Positions 13,427-25,314 of a stretch of DNA of 61,013 bases are shown here, piece after piece. A model generated the notes under the pieces. The model searched no databases. It saw only the letters and a list, made by a program, of their open reading frames with translations, and had not been told where the DNA came from. The translations under genes and the position numbers were made by a program. The DNA comes from Alloascoidea hylecoeti (lineage: Eukaryota). Numbering within the stretch: position 1 is the stretch's first letter; each line of letters opens with the position of its first letter. The stretch lies in the NCBI GenBank assembly GCA_001600815.1, contig BCKZ01000026.1:124001-185013 (forward strand), given 5' to 3'.

Positions 13427-16400
13427 AGTACGCTCCAACACTAAATACTTTATATTATTTGATATTTTAATCTCTTCTAACCAATCAATCACATTATTTT
13501 CCTGCCTAGTGAACGAGATCCACACAAGTCCGAAAGGATACCAAGTGTTTGATCCAGAGGCACCAGTCAACCTCAAATCAAAACAAAAGTCTTTGATCCG
13601 CCCAGAAAGAAAAAGAAGAGATCCAAACGATAGACTGTATCACTATGCAAATGTTGCACAGCAAGCTCCTAATATTAAAGTCTACTCTGATGATCCTAAT
13701 GTTAATTATATAATCGACGATGAAAGATACGAAGATCAGATAGAGAACAATAATAATGGTAGTAATGTAGGAAGAACATACTACGGATTAAATGATGAAA
13801 TCGATAAAGATGATCCATATGAGAGTAAAACTTCCTTCCTTCAACGAACTGCATCTAGACGAAGTTCAAAGAATTTACCTCCTGCCAAAGTAGTACCAAC
13901 ACCGACATCAGAACTACCTTCACTATGGATGATATATTGCACAATCCTTACATTTTGGGCACCTGACCCTATTTTGCGTTTATTTGGTATGCCTGAAAAG
14001 CAAAGACAATCTGCTTGGAGAGAAAAAATAGGTCTGATCTCATTGATTTTGCTTATTGCGACTGCTGTTGGTTACATTACATTTGGCTTCTCAAAAACTG
14101 TTTGCAAAAAAGAAGAAACAACCTTAAGAACAAATAAAGTTGGTAGTGGGTATCTTATTATACATGGAGAAGCATATGACTTGTCTCGATCCAAACATCC
14201 TGGCGCGGCTGGTATTCTTCCAGGATCTAATATATTGTATGACAATAATCTCAATGCAGGTGGTATGGATGCTTCATTTTTATTTCAAAATGTCAACGGT
14301 AACTGTAAAGGTTTAATCTTACCTAGAGAAAACTGTTCAATCCCACATGAAGATGATGAAGTTGCTTGGTACACACCTTGTAAACTACTTAAACAGGATG
14401 GAACTTCACACCCAAATTTCACAACTGAATATTATAAAGGCTGGGCATGCCACACCAGTACTAAAGCAAGAAATACTCTCTATGACGGCTTAAAAGTTAG
14501 TGGTGAAGTTTATTTTAATTGGGATGATGTTAAAAATTCATCTAGAAACTTGGTTGTATTTAATGGAGATGTTTTAGATTTGAGTGTCATTAACTGGATT
14601 CAAACAAATGATTTAACAGTTCCACAATTATTTTCAGATTTAAAAGATGATCCATTAATTAAAGGTTATGATATTTCTCTTCAAATGGCGGGTGCTAATG
14701 AAAGAAAAGTTGCCAACTGTTTACAAGAAATTGCAAAAGTTGGTAGAGTAAACTCCAAAACTATTGGTTGTATTGCATCTCAAGTAGTTCTCTATGTGGC
14801 TTTAACTTTTATTATTGCTATTGTGCTTGTAAAGTTCATTTTTGCCATTTATTTTAAATGGTTTATATCAGGAAAACAAGGTGCATTTTATATGGATAAT
14901 AAGACTATGAATCAGCGTGATAATGAATTAGAAGATTGGAGTGACACTAAAAACGCAAGTACTCCATTTAAAACCTACACAAGCCCGGGTATTGAAGAAC
15001 GGAGCACTTTTTCAAAAGGAGTCAATTATTCTAGTTTTGTTACTATGAGCACCCAATTAGCTTTTAAATCCTCGAAGCGTAAACAGCGTTCTCTTTTAAA
15101 CTATTCTGACAATCAGTCCTTTATTTTCAGTGATATAAACTCAACGAATAATAGTCAGAATCAGAATTTACATGGCAATGGAATAGGGGGTGATGCATTG
15201 GTATCAGAACCAATTCATAAAGGTGTTGTACCTCAACCACCTATTGATTACCAACCTTTTTCTTACCCTTTAGTCCACACAATTTTATTTGTTACTGCTT
15301 ATTCAGAATCAGAACCAGAATTAAGAGTGACATTGGATTCATTAGCCACTTCAGATTATCCTAATTCACATAAGTTAATTATGGTTGTTTGTGATGGTTT
15401 GATTAAAGGATCTGGAAGTAATTCTCTAACTCCGGATATTGCTGTTTCTTTAATGGACAATTTTCTGGTTCAACCAGAAGATGTGGAACCGTACTCATAT
15501 GTCGCAGTAGAATCAGGTTCGAAGCGCCATAACATGGCAAAAGTTTATGCTGGTTTTTACAAATATTCAGATACTGTTAGCCCTGATAAACAACAACGTG
15601 TTCCTATGATTACTATTGTTAAATGTGGTACCCCAGCTGAAATGGGAATATCAAAACCTGGTAATAGAGGTAAAAGAGATTCACAAATCATTTTAATGAG
15701 TTTCTTGCAACATTTGATGTTTGATGAAAGAATGACAAGATTAGAATATGAGATGTTACGATCAATTTGGGGAATCACTGGATTATTTTCAAATTTTTAT
15801 GAAATTGTTTTAATGGTAGATGCTGACGTTAAGATTTATCCTGATTCTATAACACATATGGTTGCTGAGATGGTCAAAGATCCTAGAATTATGGGCTTAT
15901 GTGGGGAAACAAAGATTGCAAATAAAAGATCTTCGTGGGTAACTGCTATTCAAGTTTTTGAATATTATATAAGTCACCATCAAGCAAAGGCATTTGAATC
16001 AGTTTTTGGTGGTGTTACATGTCTACCTGGTTGTTTTTGTATGTATCGTATTAAAGCACCAAAAGGACCTGATGGGTATTGGGTTCCTATCTTAGCAAAT
16101 CCTGATATTGTTGAAAAATATGCTGATAATGTTACCCGAAATCTTCATCAAAAGAATTTATTATTACTTGGTGAAGATCGATTTTTGTCAACACTAATGT
16201 TACAAACATTCCCAAAACGAAGACAAATATTTGTACCAAAAGCTGTCTGTAAAACAGTTGTTCCCGATAAGTTTTCAGTATTATTGTCTCAAAGAAGGAG
16301 ATGGATAAATTCAACAGTCCATAATTTAATGGAATTAGTTCTTGTAAAAGATCTTTGTGGAGTTTTCTGTCTATCTATGCAATTTATTGTTTTTATTGAA

Positions 16401-16793
16401 CTGATTGGAACACTTGTTTTGCCAGCAGCCCTGTCATTTACTATATATGTTATTGTTGTTGCAATAACTAGTAAACCAACACCTATATTAACATTAGTCT
16501 TACTGCTCTTCATTTTAGGTCTACCTGGCTTGCTAATTGTTATCACTGCTTCTCGTTGGTCATATATCCTATGGATGCTTATTTACTTGCTTGCATTACC
16601 CATATGGAATTTTGTATTACCTCTTTATGCCTATTGGAAATTTGATGATTTTAGTTGGGGAAATACTAGGGTGATTGCTGGAGGAGAAGAAGCAAATCTG
16701 CATCAAGAGAGTCGAGGTGAATTTGATTCCTCAAAGATTGTTATGAAGAGATGGATGGAGTTTGAAAGAGATATAAGAAGAGAAAGGTTTTAA
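13427..16793 (+). CDS. CHS3: Class IV chitin synthase
   Basis: [15 protein letters not shown], cytochrome-b5-like region, [28 protein letters not shown]. The start is probably formed by splicing A(13427) to TG(13510-13511) across intron 13428-13509. Confidence 0.95.
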
Positions 16794-17103
16794 ATTAACT
16801 ATAACTATATAGCAATTGATCGTTTTAAATATTATTTATAACTATAAAATCGCATACATATAAATTGATAAAATATTTAATTAAATAATTCATCATTATA
16901 TCGCACATGCATCTTTTGAACAATTAGAAGTGTATATTTCTACTATGAGATGATAAAGTGTTAATTTACTCACACGTATAGTTAGTTTTTATTATACCAA
17001 TTGCAAGCCCTAAACAAAAATAAATGAATTATAAATACAAATTACAAAAATGACAAGGATTCTAACGAATAGTATATAACGAAAAAAAAATGAACCCAGA
17101 ATT

Positions 17104-18900
17104 TTATCTATCAATAATGCTGTTACTTGGAGAAATATGAACACGGTCATCTAAATTACTCCAATCAGCAATATTAACTGGATGAACATAAACTTCTTTA
17201 CTTTTACCATTTTTCCATTTCTTAGAACTGGTTTCTGCACTATTTGAAGGTGGGTTTACTCTATTAGTTATTTGCTCATTAATATCAGTAGAATGTGAGG
17301 TCGAAGCTGGCACATTATTGTTATTAGATGTAGTAGCATTTTGAGAATCTCCCAATGGATGCGACGCAGTTACACTTTGCTCTTTTATAGGCAAAATTGA
17401 TTCTTTGATATTTCTTACAGTAAGTGCAGAGGATGTGACTCTGGGTATTGATAAACCAATATCAATTAATTGATCTGTAAAGTGTGCTAAGGCAAGAGTA
17501 ACAGTATTAAGTGAACTTTTGAACTTCCCGAACGGTTTTGCTTTCCCAGATGCTGACTTGCTTTCAGCATCACCTTTTTGTTTTTCACTTGTGTGTGATT
17601 GAGTTGCTATAATTCTTGATTGATGCCTGGCATTATTTGGATCTGTAGTTGATTGAGGGTCTCCCGGCAAAAAAGACAAAGAGTCTTTCCTTATAACATG
17701 AACATGAACATTTGGAGGAGATCTATTATCTCTACCATGATCATAATCATTATCATGAGAGTTATTGTTATCGGAATCATCAGGATCACTTGTATTCCTA
17801 CCAAACATTGATAAACTATCAACAATAATATGTGCCTTTTTATTTCTGCCCATCGGAACAAGTTCTAGTTCATCTTCGAAGAATGGTCTTCCTAAGACAC
17901 CAGCTTTTTCTTTTTGCCTTTCTAAATGTTCGATTCTATTTATCCATTCCCAAACAACAACAACGGATATGATATAGGTACAGCTATTAAATATATCAGA
18001 TATTTCAGCTGCCCAAGCATTGCATATATCAAGAATAAAAAATGCGACAGACAAATTAGTTGAAATAAAGGTGAAAATTGTAATAATTATCATTTCCGTT
18101 TGAAATATAAAAATTATTTTAGTTACAGCATACAGAATGACCAATACTGCATATAAAATACCCATTGCTATTCGTAATAAATATATAAAAGCAGTTAATT
18201 GTGATACTAAATCGTCATCTTCAGAACGAGGGAAATGAGCAACACCCCATATAACCTGAGAGGCAATTGCTAGAACACCCCCTATCCAAAATATAACTCT
18301 TTTTTCACGTTCTCGTGGGAAAAGCCTCATTACGATTTGAACTTGTGCTAATTGTAAAAGTAAGACGTTGATGAAATCTATAGCCAAAAATACTTTGTGT
18401 GTCCTTAGAGCATCAAGAAGATAATCTTCAGATTCATAACCTTGATTTTGTTGGTCACTTAAAAGAGTTATTGAATAACCTAATAACGCTAATAGATTTA
18501 CAGAACCAACAGCCGAAGAAATTTTCTGTAACCCAGGCCTAGGTCTTTCAGATGCATACATTGTAAGAGTCAAAATAGTGGCAATAACAGTAGCACTTGT
18601 TAGAGAATATATTGTTGGATATATGCTATACCTAAAACCTCCCATTGGACCTGTGCTATACTGTTCCCATGAATTGATAATAGAATCCAACTGCATAACA
18701 CCTAAATATTCACTTGAAGATGCAACAGGTGTTGCATTCTTATAACAAAGAGGATAATACCATCCTGAAAAATTTGTAAATGATGCCTCATCTTGAAATA
18801 AGAGAAGAGACCCAGTCTCAGATCCTGACAAAGGTTGGGGTGAACAGCCTGGATATATTCGTTCAGTATTATTACGAAATCGCCATATACCATTAGACAT
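17104..18900 (-). CDS. RIM21: PalH/Rim21-family 7-TM pH sensor
   Basis: LQLAQVQIVMRLFPREREKRVIFWIG and VWEWINRIEHLERQKEKAGVLGR motifs, 7 hydrophobic segments, long hydrophilic tail. Could be the Dfg16 paralogue. Confidence 0.85.
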   Translation of the reverse strand: MSNGIWRFRNNTERIYPGCSPQPLSGSETGSLLLFQDEASFTNFSGWYYPLCYKNATPVASSSEYLGVMQLDSIINSWEQYSTGPMGGFRYSIYPTIYSLTSATVIATILTLTMYASERPRPGLQKISSAVGSVNLLALLGYSITLLSDQQNQGYESEDYLLDALRTHKVFLAIDFINVLLLQLAQVQIVMRLFPREREKRVIFWIGGVLAIASQVIWGVAHFPRSEDDDLVSQLTAFIYLLRIAMGILYAVLVILYAVTKIIFIFQTEMIIITIFTFISTNLSVAFFILDICNAWAAEISDIFNSCTYIISVVVVWEWINRIEHLERQKEKAGVLGRPFFEDELELVPMGRNKKAHIIVDSLSMFGRNTSDPDDSDNNNSHDNDYDHGRDNRSPPNVHVHVIRKDSLSFLPGDPQSTTDPNNARHQSRIIATQSHTSEKQKGDAESKSASGKAKPFGKFKSSLNTVTLALAHFTDQLIDIGLSIPRVTSSALTVRNIKESILPIKEQSVTASHPLGDSQNATTSNNNNVPASTSHSTDINEQITNRVNPPSNSAETSSKKWKNGKSKEVYVHPVNIADWSNLDDRVHISPSNSIIDR

Positions 18901-19098
18901 CTTGCCTTCAATATTCCCGGACAGTTGATCTCCTTTTAACGTATATTTTTACGAATATATTACGTATAAAATCTCTTGAAGAAGATGATGAAGTTTGGCG
19001 ATAAACCGATTACAACCAAACGCCCGAATACATATTAATAATGCCATGATCAGATTCTATGTAACTACTACTATTCATATACACTATAAAAAGGTCAT

Positions 19099-20302
19099 TT
19101 AGGCCAGTAGTTCCAAGGAACCTTTCACTACACCTATAGTAGCACTTGTTTGTATTTTATCTGTTCCCCCTTTGCTTATCGCATATTCAATTTCTGCTAA
19201 TCCTTTTAGTAGAGATATTTTTGCAGCTGGTTTCATTTCCAATTCTTCAAATTCTTCTGCAATTTCTTGTAAAATATCAATGAGTGCAAGTCCTTTCAAT
19301 TGCTTTATTTTCTGAATGGTGTTAAAAGCAGTGGTCCAATCATCCTGTGTTAGAGTATCGACAATCCTCTGTGTATCCAATGGATGTGGTGAACCAACAC
19401 ATTCATAAACCATTTCAGTAGTAATAGATGCTCCATCATCAACTGCTGCAAAACAAGCTTGTAAAACATTCAATGCCTTTCTCATATCACCTTTTGATAA
19501 TGCCACTATTGATTCCTTTGCTTCCTGTTCAATGTTTATATTTTCCTTTTCAATAACATCATCTACTCTTTCACAAACAGATTCTAAAGATAATGGAGCA
19601 AATCTGAATCTTGTACATCTTGATAATAATGCAGGATTTAATTTATGAGCATAATTAGCTAGTATACAAAATCGAGTATGAGAAGTATATTTTTCAATAA
19701 CTCTTCGTAAAGCATTTTGAGCAACATTTGTCATTGCATCAGCTTCATCTAATACAATTAGTTTAAACCCTCTTGAAAAGAGTTGCATTGTACTAGCAAA
19801 GTTTTTAATTTGATTTCTAACAACATCAATACCTCTATCATCTGAAGCATTCAATTCCAATATCATATTTTTATAATGAGGACCATATATTTCACGAGCA
19901 ATGGCAATAATTGTTGATGTTTTACCAGTACCAGGTGGACCATAAAACAATAGATGAGGAAGTTGTTTACTTTGAATGAATTGACGAACTAAATATGATT
20001 AATATTAACAAAACAATTAAGATAAAAAATGATATAAATTATTTACCTGTTGATATAATTTCTTCTTGTCCGTAAACATCATCAAGACTAGTAGGTCTAT
20101 ATTTTTCAATCCTTTATTAGATTAGTTTAATTTAGATCCCAAAAGAAATTAGTTTGAAATACACATACCATGGTAAATTTTCTTTCCCCTTAACAGTACG
20201 ATCTATCACAGTATTCGTTTCTTTTCCTTTTCCCTCAACAGTAAGATCTATTACATTATCAGTTTCTTTTTCTTTTCCTTTACCTTTACCTATATGAGAC
20301 AT
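19099..20302 (-). CDS. RFC3: Replication factor C subunit 3 (3 exons)
   Basis: Exons 20302-20169, 20111-20047, 19988-19099 give ENLPWIEKYRP...LPHLLFYGPPGTGKT, LELNASDDRGIDVVR, DEAD, SRC. Confidence 0.93.
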
Positions 20303-21616
20303 TTTAATTACAAGATGGTTAATTAATTATATTTTCGCGAAGTAGATTTAAATTCAAATATTTACGCGACACCCCGGAATTATATGACTGAAACTTACGG
20401 AATTCTGCTTAATTATGATAAACAGAATATAACAGATCTAGAAATGTTAATATTACTACGGTACCTCTTATTAATACAGTATTAATGGTTTAAATGGGAA
20501 AGCAGTTTTAAAACATTAATTTAAACGATAAATTTAAAATTGATTTAATTGAATTTATATTAAATAATTTACCAATTAAATTTCAATATTTCTTTTAAAA
20601 GAAAAAGAAATTAATGCTTATAACAAGGAATACCATTAATTATATTCATTACAATATATATTAATGAGATTTTCGTTTACCTATACAATTACAAAAGTTT
20701 TAAAGTAGAAATTAATTAATTTTTCTTTGAGCTCATATAGTTATTGAGTAGGTTTCAGAGATCTTACTTATAACTCCTCTCTAACCCTAAAAAAATCTCA
20801 AATATCACAAATTCACAGGCAACGTTAAACTTATAAATGAGTACAACTCAGAAGTAAAAAGAAAGGTGCTCATTATATTTGTAGCATACTATCTTCACTT
20901 TCTCTGTACATCCATTTGAATTCCGTTGATTGAACACATGAGTAAACAAGGTATCATCTTCAAAGTTCTTGAGTTAATAAAAGTAAAATAGACTCACGTA
21001 CATGTAGTATCCAATGAATTTTATATAAAGCTCAGAAATTTTGTTTATTATATTATCGACTGAATTGCCCTAGTTTTATTAGTTCCATGAACGTATCTAA
21101 GCCACACGTACATTATTAGGTGAGTATGAATAATCAGTCTAAAAAATGATGAGATACCCAAATGATGGAACTTTAAATTTAGAAATAGATCACTTCATCA
21201 TTTACAGTTGCCTAGAATACTTCTCGATCTATTAATAAATAGTCCGGGTTATGCTGGTCAACATGTATTGTAGCTGGGCTTTTTTAATATTATTAAAATC
21301 TCTACGTAATGATGATAATAAAGATATATTTGGATTGTTGACAACAGAAAAATAGAGAGGAGAGGATCATAGGTATAACTTTTTCTTAAAGTTGGATATA
21401 TGATAGCTTGAGTTGAGAAGATTATATTTTTATTTGTCCTTAGAAAATTGAATTTTTCGTGGAGAAAAAAGTATGTGTTTTTCATATAAGTCATTGATGA
21501 GACTGGTAATACAGATTTATGAGATAGAGGATACTGGTATTGTGTAAATCATAAATTCTAGTATTATTTTTAAAGAATATGATAAGTTATTATTATATTT
21601 ATTTACAAGTATTAAT

Positions 21617-22897
21617 TCACTCATTATTCTTTGATTTTTCATTAGATTCTTCAAGTTTTTTATTAGATTCTTCTTTAAATTTTGATTCATCAATTTTTTC
21701 TTTTAATTCTTTTCTTGCATCAACTTTTGAACCATCTTTTAAAACATGTTCTAAAACAGGAAACCAAATATTTTCATCATTTTTAAAATCATCAAGTTCA
21801 AAAACATTAATACCTAATTTCCAAGGTCCTTGTTGACTTCTTTCTAATTGAACCATATGAGCACTAGTTTTTAAATCTTTACCCAAATCATGAATTAAAG
21901 ATCTAATATAAGTTCCTGAAGAAACACTTACTTCGAATTGTATAATTGGATCATTACATTTATTTTCATTATCATTTGCAGTTGTAGTTGTAGTTGTAGT
22001 TGTAAGTATATCTAATTTTTGTTTCTTTGAATTATTTTCTAAATCTTCAGCCTTTCGTTTATTTTCAGAATCAGATTCCAATTTTTTTGTATCATCATTA
22101 ATAACATTAGAATCAATTGTAATATCATGATGATATAAACTAGATAAAGCAGAATCAATTTCAATTTCTTTTTCAGTTGCTTTTTCAATTGGATGTTTAA
22201 AATCATGATCAAAACTAAAACCTTTTTTATATAACTCAAAATTTAAAATATTAATTAATCTTGGTTCAATTTCTTTTGGTAATTTTTCACCATTTCTTGC
22301 ATAATCATATAAAGGTCTACCATTTAATTTTAATGCAGAATATAAAGGAGGAGTTTGTTTAATTTCACCTTTATAATTTTTCATTATATTTAAAATTAAT
22401 TCTTTTGTTATATGTTTAGTATTTGATTTTAAAACTAATTTACCTTCTGAATCATATGTGGTTGTTGAAGAACCTAATAAAGCAATTGAATTATAAATTT
22501 TTTTTGTATTTTTTAATTCATTTTCTAATTTTTTTGTACCATTACCAATTCCAATAACTAATATACCACTTGCTAATGGATCTAATGTACCACCATGACC
22601 CATTTTTAATTTTGATAATAAATTTCTTTGTCTTGATTTTAATTTTTTATATTTTGAATTTTTAATTGCATTTTTTAAATTTTCATCAATTATTTTTTTA
22701 AAAATTGGAGAATTTGATAAAGTTGAATTTAATTTATTTAAAAATTGTGCAGATGATATACCAATTGGTTTATTAATTGCAAATATTCCATCAGTTGTTA
22801 TTTCTTTTTTTGTATTTGTTTCCATTTTATTATAATGAGAGTTTATACGATTTATTTCTGGTAATCTTTTAATCTTTTTAAGATTTCTAAATAACAT
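21617..22897 (-). CDS. PUS4: tRNA pseudouridine-55 synthase (TruB family)
   Basis: GIFAINKP, KMGHGGTLDPLASG, QTPPLYSALK, SSGTYIRSL. A basic presequence precedes a second Met at residue 25. Confidence 0.93.
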   Translation of the reverse strand: MLFRNLKKIKRLPEINRINSHYNKMETNTKKEITTDGIFAINKPIGISSAQFLNKLNSTLSNSPIFKKIIDENLKNAIKNSKYKKLKSRQRNLLSKLKMGHGGTLDPLASGILVIGIGNGTKKLENELKNTKKIYNSIALLGSSTTTYDSEGKLVLKSNTKHITKELILNIMKNYKGEIKQTPPLYSALKLNGRPLYDYARNGEKLPKEIEPRLINILNFELYKKGFSFDHDFKHPIEKATEKEIEIDSALSSLYHHDITIDSNVINDDTKKLESDSENKRKAEDLENNSKKQKLDILTTTTTTTTANDNENKCNDPIIQFEVSVSSGTYIRSLIHDLGKDLKTSAHMVQLERSQQGPWKLGINVFELDDFKNDENIWFPVLEHVLKDGSKVDARKELKEKIDESKFKEESNKKLEESNEKSKNNE

Positions 22898-23025
22898 TAT
22901 GAATGAATTATTGAAAAGTTTCCAAATGATATATGTAAGGTAGGGTAATCATTGTCACCATTCATTACGATTACGGTTTCTAGCAATTTCCTTCCATCAT
23001 TTATATTTTTATATTAACCATCAAA

Positions 23026-23752
23026 ATGACAACAACCGTAACAAATAATCAACTAGATGAAATCACATTTTCAAAAGCATATCATCAATTATTATTAGCA
23101 AGTTCAACAAATATTGAATTTCCAGATGATTATAAACCAAATCCTGTTAAATCATTACCAGTAAGTATCTTCATTTTCATGACATTTAAAATTGAAATTA
23201 AAACTAAATGTGTAATAGACATCTCTTGGTAAATTCCCACATTCAAAACATACAATTGAACAAATAGAATCACAAATAAAAGAAAAAACATTAACAATTA
23301 ATGTAAAATCAATAAAACAACCAAAATTTAAAATTTCATTATCAAAAATATCAATAAATAGTAATTTAATTTCAATTAAATCTCAACTTTTAGAACAAGT
23401 TAAAGAATTAAATGGATATGATTTATCATCAATTAAATTATTAATTAAAGGGAAAGTTATTAATGATATACAAATTTTAAAAGATTTAAATGGTATTAAT
23501 GAAGATACAAAAGAGATTTCATTTATTTTAATTTTATCTACAAGTGGACATTCTCAATCACAAACACCATCACCTATTGGATCACCAAATATTACAAGTG
23601 TTACAAGTGTTACAAGTAATACAAGTAATAGTAATGAATTAATTAATATTGATGAATCATTATGGAATGATATTGAAGGATTATTAACTAATAAATTAGG
23701 AGTTGAAAATGGATCAAAAGTTTTAAAAAGACTTCAAGATGGTTATAAATAG
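23026..23752 (+). CDS. GET5: Get5/Mdy2 ubiquitin-like GET pathway protein (2 exons)
   Basis: Exons 23026-23160 and 23219-23752 (GTAAGT...TAG). Get4-binding-like N-terminus, UBL INVKSIKQPKF...IKLLIKGKVIND, C-terminal LWNDIEGLL...RLQDGY dimerisation motif. Confidence 0.85.
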
Positions 23753-23765
23753 TAAGTAATATATA

Positions 23766-24875
23766 TTAAATTATAGCACAAGCAGTTGCAATTTTTGAAT
23801 CATTTAAATGAGAAAATAGCATTTTTGGTTTATTTAATTTAGATATATAACCAATAATCATTGATTGTGTAGAATGAGCTAAACCAATATTAATACCATT
23901 TTCATCTCTAATTAAAGCGATTATACCAGCATAAATGATATTATTAGTATTAGAATTTTGTAAATTTATTAAATTTGATTCTTTCAATAAAATAGATTTT
24001 AAAATATCATGAATCATTATATTGTTATTATGATGATATTGAGATGATAATTTATTACAAGAAAATCTTGATAAATCTAAAGCCATTATATCTTCACCTA
24101 AACCCGAGCAACAAACAGCTATATCAATATTATTGGTGTTGTTGGTGCTGGAATTAACGTTATTTCCGGATTGGCACCATAAACCTGGACCAGGTAACGA
24201 AGCGAGACCTAATCTCCCTGGTTGTTTATATAAGACGCCACCTGAACTGGTGGCGATTGAAATAGAACCATATTTATCACCACATATTATGCCAACGGTG
24301 TCATTAATATTTTCATTTTCATCTTCTTCATTCATTTGTGATACATCTACTTGAGATTCTACTTGTTTTTTCGATACTTTTGAAGGTGATAATGATATTT
24401 GATCATTCCAATGATTATATAAAGCAAGAGAACGTTTAGTAATTAAATTATTTGAATCAATAATTAAATGAGGTAGGTTTTTTTCAATATAAGTATTTCC
24501 AACAATTAATCTTGGATTAGATCTACCAAAAGGATCGATTTTATCTAAATTATCATACAAATGTTTAGCAATTTTGATTGGATTTTTAACATTCGATATT
24601 GAGCCAACAGAAGCAAATTTTCGCTTATTTGAAGAAATTATTGATGCATCCATTTCAACGGTTCCAATTGAAGTTAGATTTGAACCAGTTCCGGCATTGG
24701 TTATTGGATTGTTTTCTAATATTTGACAGCCAAAGACACAGGCATCTTCGGAAGTTGAGCCCTTTAAAAGAAGATCGAGGGTCTGAGTAAGACAAGAATC
24801 AGATAAAGATTTATATTTTTTCCGGCGAAGATCAGAATGATGGCCAGCACCGAGATGAACCACGACAAACTCCAT
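23766..24875 (-). CDS. Threonine aspartase (taspase-1-like Ntn hydrolase)
   Basis: FVVVHLGAGHHS N-terminus, TNAGTGSNL, EMDASI, autocleavage D/TVG, SSGG...KQPGRLG, SGLGE. Confidence 0.88.
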   Translation of the reverse strand: MEFVVVHLGAGHHSDLRRKKYKSLSDSCLTQTLDLLLKGSTSEDACVFGCQILENNPITNAGTGSNLTSIGTVEMDASIISSNKRKFASVGSISNVKNPIKIAKHLYDNLDKIDPFGRSNPRLIVGNTYIEKNLPHLIIDSNNLITKRSLALYNHWNDQISLSPSKVSKKQVESQVDVSQMNEEDENENINDTVGIICGDKYGSISIATSSGGVLYKQPGRLGLASLPGPGLWCQSGNNVNSSTNNTNNIDIAVCCSGLGEDIMALDLSRFSCNKLSSQYHHNNNIMIHDILKSILLKESNLINLQNSNTNNIIYAGIIALIRDENGINIGLAHSTQSMIIGYISKLNKPKMLFSHLNDSKIATACAII

Positions 24876-25195
24876 TAATAGTCAATGGCAGCAGTGGCAA
24901 CGGAGGATCTGTTTCTTTCGACCTTTTCTTCGACTTTTATTTCGAAACAAACAAGATCGGAAGCTCTGATCACAGTCTGGTTTTTAAAATTTCCGAAGGG
25001 GGTTTCCAGCCCTTTAAAAATGAGTTTTGACTCCGAAGAGTCCGCGGCGCAAAAGGAGGAAGCGGACACCGTGGAACTGTCCCACAGCGAAAGGCCGATG
25101 GAATTAGTGGTTAGCCCGGCGGCGTGGGGGGAGATGGCACGGTAGAACGCCAGAGTTCGCTGCCGTTGGAGCACTTGCACCGGGTGGGAGGGCAT
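24875..25195 (-). CDS. Gemin7-like Sm-fold SMN-complex subunit (106 aa)
   Basis: LQRQRTLAFY...LSLWDSSTVSASSFCAADSSESKLIFKGLETPFG...TVIRASDLVCFEI aligns by eye with Gemin7 (LRERYLRSL...FGATD....FYVSQLQTPIG...LLRCSDIISY). Likely start is ATG 25195; an in-frame ATG also exists at 25258. Confidence 0.72.
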   Translation of the reverse strand: MPSHPVQVLQRQRTLAFYRAISPHAAGLTTNSIGLSLWDSSTVSASSFCAADSSESKLIFKGLETPFGNFKNQTVIRASDLVCFEIKVEEKVERNRSSVATAAIDY

Positions 25196-25314
25196 TATTG
25201 GTGTTCTGCGAGAGAGGGGGGTTGGCCTCTCTCGGCAGTATTTTATCGCATGGAACACCCGTGCACCTGCTGGATATATTTTATGGTGAAATTGATTTCG
25301 ATTTTGAAGACTCC

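Noticed and set aside
25198..25314. GTG-initiated N-terminal extension of GPR1
   Set aside because: No family similarity; ATG 25315 precedes TM1 as expected.
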